26,042 nt of DNA from a virus (Duplodnaviria; Caudoviricetes). The position numbers and the translations under genes are program-made. How positions within the stretch are numbered: the first letter of the stretch is position 1; every line of letters begins with the position of its first letter. The DNA is taken from positions 1 through 26,042 of the IMG/VR virus record IMGVR_UViG_3300025879_000094; one strand, written 5' to 3'. Below, piece by piece: positions 9,314 to 16,886 of this stretch. A model generated the notes under the pieces. It searched no databases, was not told the DNA's origin, and saw only the letters and a program-made list of their open reading frames with translations.

Positions 9314-11078
9314 TTTAAAAAGTAGTTTTATATCTAAAAAAATTACTGTACCAAGCTCTACGGAGTCGGACAACAAAAAAGACAATTACGTAAACTGGGG
9401 CGATAAAAACGAGTACCCCTATTTTATTAATTATCTATTTCAAAACTCGGCAATACAGTCGGGTATTATTAACTCAAAGGTACACTATATTACTAGTGGG
9501 GGGTTAAATTATACAGGACCAGACGAACTAGAATTTAAACGATTTTTTGAAAACGGTAATTCTGACTACAACCTAAACGAAATAGCGGAGCAAATTGCAA
9601 AAGACTTAGAGCTTTCTAATATGTTTTGTTTGCGTGGGGTTTGGTCGTTAGATAAGTCTAGAGTAGATAAGCTAGAGGTTATAGACTTTGAGAAAGTTAG
9701 GTATAGACTAGACGACAACAATATAGCCGTATCTAATGACTGGACCGACAGAAAGGAAACTATTAAAATAATTGAGCCTTTTAACCCTAGCGACAGGAAA
9801 GCCAGAGAGTTTTACTTGATTTATCAAGATAAAGGGAAACAGACCGTAGAAAATAATAAGGTAAATAAAAGTATCTACCCTACACCGCCGTATAGCGGTG
9901 GTATAACGTCTATTTTGACGGATATAAAAATTAACACCTACCAGTTAACAGAGATTAGCTCTGGTTTTTCAACGGGAACAATTATAAACCTAAATAGCGG
10001 ACAACCAGCTAACGAAGAGGAAAAGAGAGACCTAGAAAGAGACATACAGGACAATAGCACAGGCGAAAGAAATGCGGGCGGAGTTATGGTTTTATACAAC
10101 CTGGGAAAAGAAAACGAAGCTTCAGTATTAAACGTAAGCGGTAACGATTTAAAAGACCGTTATTTAGCTCTGTCTAAAGACAACCGTAACAATATTATAC
10201 TGTCTCACTCTATTACTACTCCTATTTTATTTGGAATTAAGACCGAGGGCGGACTAGGTAACGCGACAGAGTTAGAAATAGGCTATAAAATAATGAAGGC
10301 TAATTATTTCAAGTATAAGCAAAGGGCAATTTTATCGGCTCTAAACGAGATAGCTAAAAAGGGTAACGGCTTACAGGGTAAAATAGAATTTAACGAAGTT
10401 AATTTAGATTTTTTAGAGCAAAAAGAAGAGGTAATAGAGGCTATACCTCAGCAACAGCCAGCGCAATTTAAAAGCGACATAGACGTAGTGGCGGAATTTA
10501 ATAAGTGCGGTATCCCAAAGCCTCAAAACGTAGTTTACTCTAGAGCTTTACCTAATGAGTTTAACGCTGACGAAGAGGACGCGAAAGCTATAGAAGAGTT
10601 TAGTAAGTCTAAATTTGCTGTTTTGGATAATATACAAAGCCAAGTTTTAGCACTTGTTAGAGAAGGTCACACCTTCGACAATATAGCCGAGGCTTTAAAT
10701 GTAGACTCTCAAAAGCTGACAAATATTTACAAAACTTTAGAAACGAACGGACTAGTAAAAGACGGTAAAATTACCGTTTCGGGTTTGGGCGAAATCGCTA
10801 AACAGGACGTAAGTAAAATTAAAATTTACTATTCCTACGAAAAAAACCCAGCTGTTAGCGGACCGTCTATTTTACCAAACAATAGGACGCGCGAATTTTG
10901 TACGGATATGGTAACACTATCTAGGAGTAAAGTTTGGTCTAGAGACGATATTAATTTAATTAGCGCTTTTGTAGGTCGCGACTGTTTTACTTATCGCGGT
11001 GGTTTCTGGAATCAAGGGAACGGCAAAACTACGCCGTGGTGTCGTCACGTATGGATGCAACAACTAGTTTATTTATAA
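9306..11078 (+). CDS. Portal protein with C-terminal winged-helix and Cys/His domains
   Basis: YVNWGDKNEYPYFINYLFQNSAIQSGII, IYPTPPYSGG, TGERNAG and IILSHSITTPILFGIKTEGGLG are Bacteroidota-phage portal motifs. There is an extension of about 210 aa after a QQQP linker. Confidence 0.85.
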   Translation: MPNLKSSFISKKITVPSSTESDNKKDNYVNWGDKNEYPYFINYLFQNSAIQSGIINSKVHYITSGGLNYTGPDELEFKRFFENGNSDYNLNEIAEQIAKDLELSNMFCLRGVWSLDKSRVDKLEVIDFEKVRYRLDDNNIAVSNDWTDRKETIKIIEPFNPSDRKAREFYLIYQDKGKQTVENNKVNKSIYPTPPYSGGITSILTDIKINTYQLTEISSGFSTGTIINLNSGQPANEEEKRDLERDIQDNSTGERNAGGVMVLYNLGKENEASVLNVSGNDLKDRYLALSKDNRNNIILSHSITTPILFGIKTEGGLGNATELEIGYKIMKANYFKYKQRAILSALNEIAKKGNGLQGKIEFNEVNLDFLEQKEEVIEAIPQQQPAQFKSDIDVVAEFNKCGIPKPQNVVYSRALPNEFNADEEDAKAIEEFSKSKFAVLDNIQSQVLALVREGHTFDNIAEALNVDSQKLTNIYKTLETNGLVKDGKITVSGLGEIAKQDVSKIKIYYSYEKNPAVSGPSILPNNRTREFCTDMVTLSRSKVWSRDDINLISAFVGRDCFTYRGGFWNQGNGKTTPWCRHVWMQQLVYL

Positions 11079-11082
11079 AATT

Positions 11083-11586
11083 ATGCAGTATTTAGTAGAC
11101 ATAGCAACTTTAAAATTTTACAGCTACATAGACTCAGACACTAACGACGATACGTTACTAGTGACTCTTAAACGTGTGCAAGATTTGGACCTAGAGCCAG
11201 CCCTAGGGAGTCAACAGTACAGGCGTCTACTTGAGGGCGTAGAAAATGACGACTTAACAGCTTTAGAGCTTAAACTAATGGGCTACGTTTTAGACTTTGT
11301 TTATTGCGCGTGCGAGTTAAAAGCGTCTACGCACAATAACTGGAAAATAAGAAACAAAAGCGTAGGTACAGCAAGTGACGAAAACGTAAAAGCGTACTCA
11401 CTCGCTGAGTACAATATTTACAGGAGTGAATTACAAAAAGACTACTCTTTTTACAAAAACAGGCTAATAGGTTACTTAATTGACAACGAAACAAGCTACC
11501 CTCTTTACGAATGTACTACAAAAAAAGAGGACATAAACCCAGAGGGGCAAGGCAACAGCTATAAGGGTAAAATTAGTTTTTTATAA
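11083..11586 (+). CDS. Putative head-tail adaptor/connector protein
   Basis: Helical 167-aa protein directly after the portal; VQDLDLEPALGSQQY and RLIGYL...YPLY motifs. Confidence 0.6.
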   Translation: MQYLVDIATLKFYSYIDSDTNDDTLLVTLKRVQDLDLEPALGSQQYRRLLEGVENDDLTALELKLMGYVLDFVYCACELKASTHNNWKIRNKSVGTASDENVKAYSLAEYNIYRSELQKDYSFYKNRLIGYLIDNETSYPLYECTTKKEDINPEGQGNSYKGKISFL

Positions 11587-11589
11587 GAT

Positions 11590-11676
11590 ATGAAACCGCA
11601 GAAAAAAACAATAAAAAAAGTTAGACTAGAGGCTATACGCGTTAAAAAGGCAAATGATAAGGACAACAATAAATAA
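11590..11676 (+). CDS. Small basic peptide (28 aa; not in the ORF track)
   Basis: ATG 3 nt after the upstream stop; MKPQKKTIKKVRLEAIRVKKANDKDNNK*; fills the gap to the next gene. Confidence 0.45.
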   Translation: MKPQKKTIKKVRLEAIRVKKANDKDNNK

Positions 11677-12115
11677 AATAGATCAAGAGTTACGTACTTT
11701 ATGTGAGGCACACCTTCAAGTAAACGCGTATTTTTATGGTTTTTTTTTAGACGTTTACGAAAGTAACAACGTCAAACATAGCTCAGTTATAGCGCACGTA
11801 ACAGACGCAAATATAGACGACAGTTATATTACTATGACTATTAATTTAATGGTTTGCGACAAAATAGACGACGGTAAAAGTTTAGAAAAATATGTAGACT
11901 CTACGACCTTGCAAATTATAAACGATTTAATAGTCGTTATGACAACATCGGACCGTTGGAAACGACTAGGAACAATAACAAACGCTACTAGCGTACAGAA
12001 TTTTAGCCAGAAAGGGGGTAGCGTAGTAAACGGCTGGTTTTGTAACCTAAATTTTAGAATTAAAAACGCAAAAAGTTTTTGCGATTTACCTATAAAAAAT
12101 TATATTTATGATTAA
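11654..12115 (+). CDS. Putative tail terminator/completion protein
   Basis: EAHLQVN, TLQIINDL and VNGWFCNLNF motifs in an alpha/beta pattern typical of tail terminators; position in the head-tail module. Confidence 0.6.
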   Translation: MIRTTINKIDQELRTLCEAHLQVNAYFYGFFLDVYESNNVKHSSVIAHVTDANIDDSYITMTINLMVCDKIDDGKSLEKYVDSTTLQIINDLIVVMTTSDRWKRLGTITNATSVQNFSQKGGSVVNGWFCNLNFRIKNAKSFCDLPIKNYIYD

Positions 12116-12491
12116 CAAACAACTAAGCGCAAACGCTACAGGGATAGCGGTAAAAGAAACGGCTGTAAGTAACGACAAAAGAAAAGGCGTTATAACTGAG
12201 GTTAAAATTAACCCTATTACGAACTCTATTATTATAGAGTATCAATTACAAAGATTAGACGACAAAGGAAAAGTTTTTACAGACGTTAAATTTTTGACTA
12301 AAAAACAAGTTTTAAGAGACATACCAGAAATGGGGACTGTAGAGTATGGAGCTGACGGAATTACAGAGGTAGAAGGTAGTTATACTAAAATTAAGGACGA
12401 AAAGTTAACAGTAACAAACTGGTATAATTCAGCTGTTAAATTTGTAATGGAAGAGGCTATAAAACACGTAGAAACCTTAGAAAATATATAA
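12108..12491 (+). CDS. Hypothetical protein
   Basis: 127-aa ORF that overlaps the upstream gene and abuts the holin. Confidence 0.65.
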   Translation: MINKQLSANATGIAVKETAVSNDKRKGVITEVKINPITNSIIIEYQLQRLDDKGKVFTDVKFLTKKQVLRDIPEMGTVEYGADGITEVEGSYTKIKDEKLTVTNWYNSAVKFVMEEAIKHVETLENI

Positions 12492-12932
12492 ATGAAAACT
12501 AGCTTTTTTACTTCGTATTTTTTAGGGCTAGGCGGTCTATTTTTGACCTTTATAACTCCTATTTATGGTATGGTATTTTTAATGGTTTTTAGCGTTATGC
12601 TAGATACTGGTTTTGCCGTATATTATACTTTAAAAGTAAAAGGGCGAAAGGCTTTTACCTCTCACAGATTATTTAACGTAGTACCTAAATTATTAATGTA
12701 TTGCGGAGTTATTTTACTATCCTTTTTTGTAGACTCGTTTATTTTAGACGGTGAAATTTACGACATAAAATTACTAGTAACAAAGCTAGTAACGGCTCTA
12801 TTTGTTTACGTGGAAATTAAAAGTATAGACGAAACGAGCCAGAAACTAGGTAACAAACCTTTTATAGAAATTATTAAAAATTTGTTCGAAAAACTAAAGG
12901 GCTTTAAAAAGGATCTAAACGAATTAAAATAA
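12492..12932 (+). CDS. Holin
   Basis: Several hydrophobic helices, MLDTG and VEIKSIDE motifs, basic C-terminus; directly upstream of the endolysin. Confidence 0.85.
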   Translation: MKTSFFTSYFLGLGGLFLTFITPIYGMVFLMVFSVMLDTGFAVYYTLKVKGRKAFTSHRLFNVVPKLLMYCGVILLSFFVDSFILDGEIYDIKLLVTKLVTALFVYVEIKSIDETSQKLGNKPFIEIIKNLFEKLKGFKKDLNELK

Positions 12933-13529
12933 ATGAGCTACGTAATTATTTTAGACGCGGGACACGGTGGACTAATAGAAGGAGTTTACCAGACAGCGGG
13001 CAAAAGGTCGCCAGTTTGGGACGACGGTAGCGTATACTACGAGGGCGTAGGTAATAGGGAAATAGTAAAAAAACTAACCGAAAGGCTAAACGCCGAAGGT
13101 ATAGAGGTATTTAATACAAACCCTACAAATGTAGATTTAAGTTTAAGAGAGCGAGTAGAAATTGTAAACAAAGAAATAAAAGCAAACCCAGAGAAAAAAT
13201 ACATAGGCGTTTCGGTCCACTCTAACGGTTTTAGTAAAGAATCGGCTCACGGCTGGAGCGTTTACACTTATACAAAGGCTAGCGAAAGCTCTAATAGAAT
13301 GAGCCAAAAAATAGCTGAACAGTTTAAACTAGAGTTTCCAGACAAAAGGCTAAGAGGACAAAAAAAGGCTAATTTTTACATTTTAAAATATACAAAATGC
13401 CCTTTTATTTTAAGTGAAAATTTTTTTCATACAAACAGAAACGAGTGCAAAACTATACTAATGACCGAAGAGGGGCAGAACAAAATAGTAAATTTACACT
13501 ACGATTTTATAACCAATTTTATACATTGA
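12933..13529 (+). CDS. Endolysin, N-acetylmuramoyl-L-alanine amidase (Amidase_3 family)
   Basis: ILDAGHGG, EGVGN, LRERV, VSVHSN, FYILK and ILSENFF zinc-amidase motifs. Confidence 0.95.
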   Translation: MSYVIILDAGHGGLIEGVYQTAGKRSPVWDDGSVYYEGVGNREIVKKLTERLNAEGIEVFNTNPTNVDLSLRERVEIVNKEIKANPEKKYIGVSVHSNGFSKESAHGWSVYTYTKASESSNRMSQKIAEQFKLEFPDKRLRGQKKANFYILKYTKCPFILSENFFHTNRNECKTILMTEEGQNKIVNLHYDFITNFIH

Positions 13530-13936
13530 GGTATTTATTTTTTATACTTATTTTTTTATCGTGTAGCCCTGTTAGGCGTCACGCTAGACTAGTTAAAAAA
13601 TACCCTTTTGTCCATACCACAGACTCAGTAAAATTAATAGACACGGTTAGACTAACTACTAATAAAGTTACAACCGACACAGTCGTAAACTACCAGTTTT
13701 TATTAGATACCGTATTTTTAAAAAAAGAAAATTTAAAAGTAAAGGTTTACACCGTATTAGATAGTGTTTATATTTTTGGTGAGTGCGATACAGTTTTTAT
13801 TGACAAAATAATACAGCGAAATATACCAGTTAAATATTACAGCGTAAAAAACCCGATAAACAAAAATTTACTAATTTGGGTTATTATTTTAGGCGCTTTT
13901 ATTACGGTAATTTTTGTCTTAAAAATCATACGTTAA
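13526..13936 (+). CDS. Lipoprotein with C-terminal transmembrane helix; putative unimolecular spanin
   Basis: A TTG start overlapping the endolysin stop (TTGA) gives MRYLFFILIFLS-C, a signal peptide II with lipobox. Beta-rich middle; C-terminal LLIWVIILGAFITVIFVL helix; third gene of the lysis cassette. Confidence 0.7.
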   Translation: MRYLFFILIFLSCSPVRRHARLVKKYPFVHTTDSVKLIDTVRLTTNKVTTDTVVNYQFLLDTVFLKKENLKVKVYTVLDSVYIFGECDTVFIDKIIQRNIPVKYYSVKNPINKNLLIWVIILGAFITVIFVLKIIR

Positions 13937-14004
13937 GGCTGTTTTTCTGTTTGCTGAGTAATTTCTCAGTCAAGCTATAAATTTTTTTTACCTATATTTA
14001 CCAA

Positions 14005-14946
14005 ATGAGATACACAAAAGAGTTTAACGAGTACGTAGCGTTAAGGTGCGAAACTATAACAAGTGACACAGCCATAGCGCGAGAATGTATTTTAAAATTT
14101 AATCTAAGAAAGTCTATAGATGCGGTTAGAAAAAAAGTAGAAACTATTAGGCAAGATCAAAAAATACAGGGCGAACAAAAGCCGTTTAAAAGGCTTTTTT
14201 TTGATATTGAAACGAGCTATGTAAAGGCTAATTTGTGGAGACAGGGTAAACAGTACGTACGCCCAGAGCAAATAGTAACAGAAAAAAAAATAATTTGTAT
14301 CTCTTATAAATGGCAAGGGGAAAATAAAGTTTATTCTGTTCAATGGGACGACAAGCATAGCGACAAAAAACTAGTTAAGGACTTCGTTAAAATACTAGGG
14401 CAAGCTGACGAAATTATAGCGCACAACGGCGACCGTTTCGACATAAAAGAGCTAAGGACCAGAGCAATTTTAAACGGCGTTTTAATGTTCCCTAAATATA
14501 GGACTCTAGACACTTTAAAAAAGGCTAGAAAATATTTTAATTTTACCAGTAACAAACTAGACCTATTAGGTAACTATTTTAACGTGGGGCGTAAGCTGGA
14601 CCACGAAGGGTTTACGTTGTGGGAGAAAACGGTAGAGGGGACTAAAGCGGAGCAAAAAAAATATTTAGCTAAAATGGTTAGCTATTGCGAACAGGACGTA
14701 ATTTTGCTAGAGGACGTTTTTAGCGTGCTGACGCCTTATATTGATCATAACACAAACCTAGCGGTTTTAAAGGGTGGTAGAAAATGGCAATGCCCAGAAT
14801 GTGCAAGTAAAAGCGTAAAACTTTCTCACACGGACACTACCCCAATGGGGTACATTAAACGTTATATGACCTGTAAATGCAAAAAAACGTATCATATTAG
14901 TAACAGGAGTTACACAGATTATTTACTAAGAAATATAGAGCAATGA
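14005..14946 (+). CDS. DEDDy 3'-5' exonuclease (RNase H-like, PolB proofreading-like) with C-terminal Zn ribbon
   Basis: ExoI FFDIETS, ExoII HNGDRFD, ExoIII YCEQDV; CPEC...CKC at the C-terminus; helical N-terminal extension. Confidence 0.88.
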   Translation: MRYTKEFNEYVALRCETITSDTAIARECILKFNLRKSIDAVRKKVETIRQDQKIQGEQKPFKRLFFDIETSYVKANLWRQGKQYVRPEQIVTEKKIICISYKWQGENKVYSVQWDDKHSDKKLVKDFVKILGQADEIIAHNGDRFDIKELRTRAILNGVLMFPKYRTLDTLKKARKYFNFTSNKLDLLGNYFNVGRKLDHEGFTLWEKTVEGTKAEQKKYLAKMVSYCEQDVILLEDVFSVLTPYIDHNTNLAVLKGGRKWQCPECASKSVKLSHTDTTPMGYIKRYMTCKCKKTYHISNRSYTDYLLRNIEQ

Positions 14947-15272
14947 AATTAAAAGAACAGGAAATAGAGCTAAGTAAAATAGTAGACGAAATTAAACATA
15001 CAATGTTTAGAAAGGGTAACGACTACGCTAACGAGGACCGTTTGAGCAATTTTAAGCTAGCTGGTAATATTTTAGGGCTGTCAGCGTCTCAAAACTGTTT
15101 GAGTCTTATAGCTACTAAGGTAGCAAGGCTAGGCGTATTAATTAAAGGAAATGAGCCAAATAACGAAAGTATAGACGACTCTATATTAGATTTAATTTGC
15201 TATAGCTGTTTGCTTTCAATGATTGAACGCGAGAAAAAAAAGCCAGAATTTACACAACACGAAAGTTTTTAG
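14943..15272 (+). CDS. DUF1599 / nucleotide-modification-associated domain 1-like all-alpha protein
   Basis: KGNDYA...SNF, KVARL and ESIDDSILDLICYS motifs; ATGA overlap with the exonuclease. Confidence 0.7.
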   Translation: MKLKEQEIELSKIVDEIKHTMFRKGNDYANEDRLSNFKLAGNILGLSASQNCLSLIATKVARLGVLIKGNEPNNESIDDSILDLICYSCLLSMIEREKKKPEFTQHESF

Positions 15273-15280
15273 TCTTATTT

Positions 15281-15311
15281 TTTGGAAATATAAACTATTT
15301 TACTATATTTG
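15281..15311 (+). promoter_or_regulatory. Bacteroidota primary-sigma promoter (early)
   Basis: TTTG (15281-15284), 19 nt, TATATTTG (15304-15311) matches the -33/-7 consensus TTTG-N19-21-TAnnTTTG; intergenic, in front of the small early genes. Confidence 0.8.
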
Positions 15312-15317
15312 TCTGTC

Positions 15318-15359
15318 GTGTAACGGTTACACTACAACCTTAACCGAGGTTAACGCCTC
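15318..15359. promoter_or_regulatory. Inverted-repeat cluster (operator or 5' leader structure)
   Basis: GTGTAAC-G-GTTACAC (15318-15332), AACCT-N6-AGGTT (15336-15351) and GAGG-N6-CCTC (15346-15359), directly downstream of the promoter. Confidence 0.5.
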
Positions 15360-15373
15360 ACAAATACAATAAT

Positions 15374-15643
15374 ATGTTAAATTTTATAATTAAAAAAAGG
15401 ACACAAGGTTACTACAAAATAGAGGTTTTAATAGACCACGAGTTTAGAGGCGAGTTTCAAACCTCAGACACTACTTTAATAGACGATATTAGCGAATGGC
15501 TAGACGGTGGTAACGAATTTTACAACTACAGCTGTAGAGAAGAGTTAGAAATAGCTGTAAAAACTAGCGCTGGAATTAGTAACGTAATAGGCGGGGTAGA
15601 TTTTACGGAAAGTATTAACCAATTTTTAAACTTAAAGCTATGA
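15374..15643 (+). CDS. Hypothetical early protein (acidic)
   Basis: 89-aa ORF, first after the early promoter. Confidence 0.7.
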   Translation: MLNFIIKKRTQGYYKIEVLIDHEFRGEFQTSDTTLIDDISEWLDGGNEFYNYSCREELEIAVKTSAGISNVIGGVDFTESINQFLNLKL

Positions 15644-15777
15644 ATGACGAATATTTAAACGAGGGTAACCCTTGCGAGTATGACGAAAGAGAGAACGAAT
15701 GTAGGGAGTGCGGTAACCCAGTAGAAGAGGACGGCGACTATTGTAGTGGCAAATGTTATGAAGCTGGAGAAAGATGA
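15640..15777 (+). CDS. Small acidic Zn-finger protein (45 aa; not in the ORF track)
   Basis: MNDEYLNEGNPCEYDERENECRECGNPVEEDGDYCSGKCYEAGER*; CxxC-x10-CxxxC; ATGA overlaps on both sides. Confidence 0.75.
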   Translation: MNDEYLNEGNPCEYDERENECRECGNPVEEDGDYCSGKCYEAGER

Positions 15778-15950
15778 AAATAAGAACGATTAGAAACTTT
15801 GCGATTTTGATTTTATTTGTAACGATAATTTACAAGCAAGATCAAAGAATAAAAAAATTAAAAAATAGAAGAGAAATTATATTAAAAAAGTTAGATATTG
15901 ATTTAGAACACCAAAAACGACTTAATATCTACTGGCAAAAACAAAGATAA
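15774..15950 (+). CDS. Small membrane-anchored basic protein (58 aa; not in the ORF track)
   Basis: MKIRTIRNFAILILFVTIIYKQDQRIKK...; ATGA-coupled to the upstream gene and ends 3 nt before the next ATG. Confidence 0.65.
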   Translation: MKIRTIRNFAILILFVTIIYKQDQRIKKLKNRREIILKKLDIDLEHQKRLNIYWQKQR

Positions 15951-15953
15951 AAA

Positions 15954-16232
15954 ATGGCAATATTTGAAAAAAAACACTTTGGCAAACCTATTTCTAAAAA
16001 ATTAGAAACTTACATAATTTATAACCAAAAAAAAGGCGACATAAAACAGGTAGCCGAAAAATATAGGTACTCACCCGACACGCTTACGGCTGTAGTTAGA
16101 GGGTACAGAAATATAAACGAGTTTAACGCTCCAATGGTTGTAGACTTATTTAAAATTTGTATTAAAAACTACAGCGAAAACCAAGAGGCAAAACAAAGTA
16201 TTAACGAGTTAATAGAAAGAGCGAGATGCTAA
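15954..16232 (+). CDS. Putative helix-turn-helix DNA-binding protein
   Basis: IKQVAEKYRYSPDTLTAVVRGYR resembles a Cro/XRE-type HTH. Confidence 0.6.
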   Translation: MAIFEKKHFGKPISKKLETYIIYNQKKGDIKQVAEKYRYSPDTLTAVVRGYRNINEFNAPMVVDLFKICIKNYSENQEAKQSINELIERARC

Positions 16233-16678
16233 AAAAAGAACAGGACAAAAATACTTTTATTAGCCCCTACGTAGTGGCTGGGACTTTTAACGCTGTAGAT
16301 TTAAAAAATAACAGGCTTAATAAAGAGATTATTTTAAGATCTATTTGTAAGTATTTGGGCGAGGACTTTAATAAAGTAAAAAATTTAAAATCTAGACTTT
16401 CTAACCTAGTTTACGCTAGGATGCTGTACGGATATTTTTGTAGAATTTACACTAATGAAAGCTACGAGAAAATAGCTAATTTTATACACAAAGACCACGC
16501 TAGCGTTATACATTATGTAAAGAAAATCGAAGGTTTTAGGTCCTATGACAAGGCTATACAAATAGACGTTAAAAGGCTAAACAATGAGTTTAGCTATAAA
16601 GTAGTAAATTTAAAAAGTGACGAATTGGAGCGAATCGGTATAGAAATAATGAAAAAATATGCACGACCTAATTTTTAA
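16226..16678 (+). CDS. Stand-alone DnaA C-terminal (domain IV)-like HTH protein
   Basis: KSRLSNLVYARMLYGYFCR...SYEKIANFIHKDHASVIHYVKKI parallels the DnaA domain IV signature (R..AMYL.R...SL..IG..F..RDHTTV.HA..KI). No AAA+ domain. Confidence 0.8.
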   Translation: MLKKEQDKNTFISPYVVAGTFNAVDLKNNRLNKEIILRSICKYLGEDFNKVKNLKSRLSNLVYARMLYGYFCRIYTNESYEKIANFIHKDHASVIHYVKKIEGFRSYDKAIQIDVKRLNNEFSYKVVNLKSDELERIGIEIMKKYARPNF

Positions 16679-16886
16679 TTTAGTAAAGAACGCTATACCT
16701 TTAGAGGTATCTAATGACTTTATAAACGAGCAAATAAAAAAATTGTCTAAAAAAGACATTATAAACTTGGCACAGCAAGAGCTAAAAAGCGTAAGATACT
16801 TAGCGTTAATAGAGCTTGAAAATTGGGACTACTGGAAACAAAAAAAATACAAATTAGAAAAATTGATAAAAACCCTTGAAAAATGA
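16659..16886 (+). CDS. Hypothetical protein
   Basis: 75-aa ORF overlapping both neighbours. Confidence 0.6.
   Translation: MHDLIFNLVKNAIPLEVSNDFINEQIKKLSKKDIINLAQQELKSVRYLALIELENWDYWKQKKYKLEKLIKTLEK

Noticed and set aside
573-13525. ORF-track starts at GTG 573, GTG 7285 and GTG 13445
   Set aside because: Better explanations exist: the frame is open to the window edge, ATG 7318 follows the upstream stop, and TTG 13526 gives a lipoprotein signal.
13951-13990. Imperfect hairpin CTGAG/CTCAG followed by a T tract after the lysis cassette
   Set aside because: The core stem is only 5 bp and the T run is not adjacent; too weak to call a terminator.
14005-14946. Calling the exonuclease a DNA polymerase
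   Set aside because: Only Exo I-III motifs are present; there are no polymerase palm motifs here or in adjacent ORFs.
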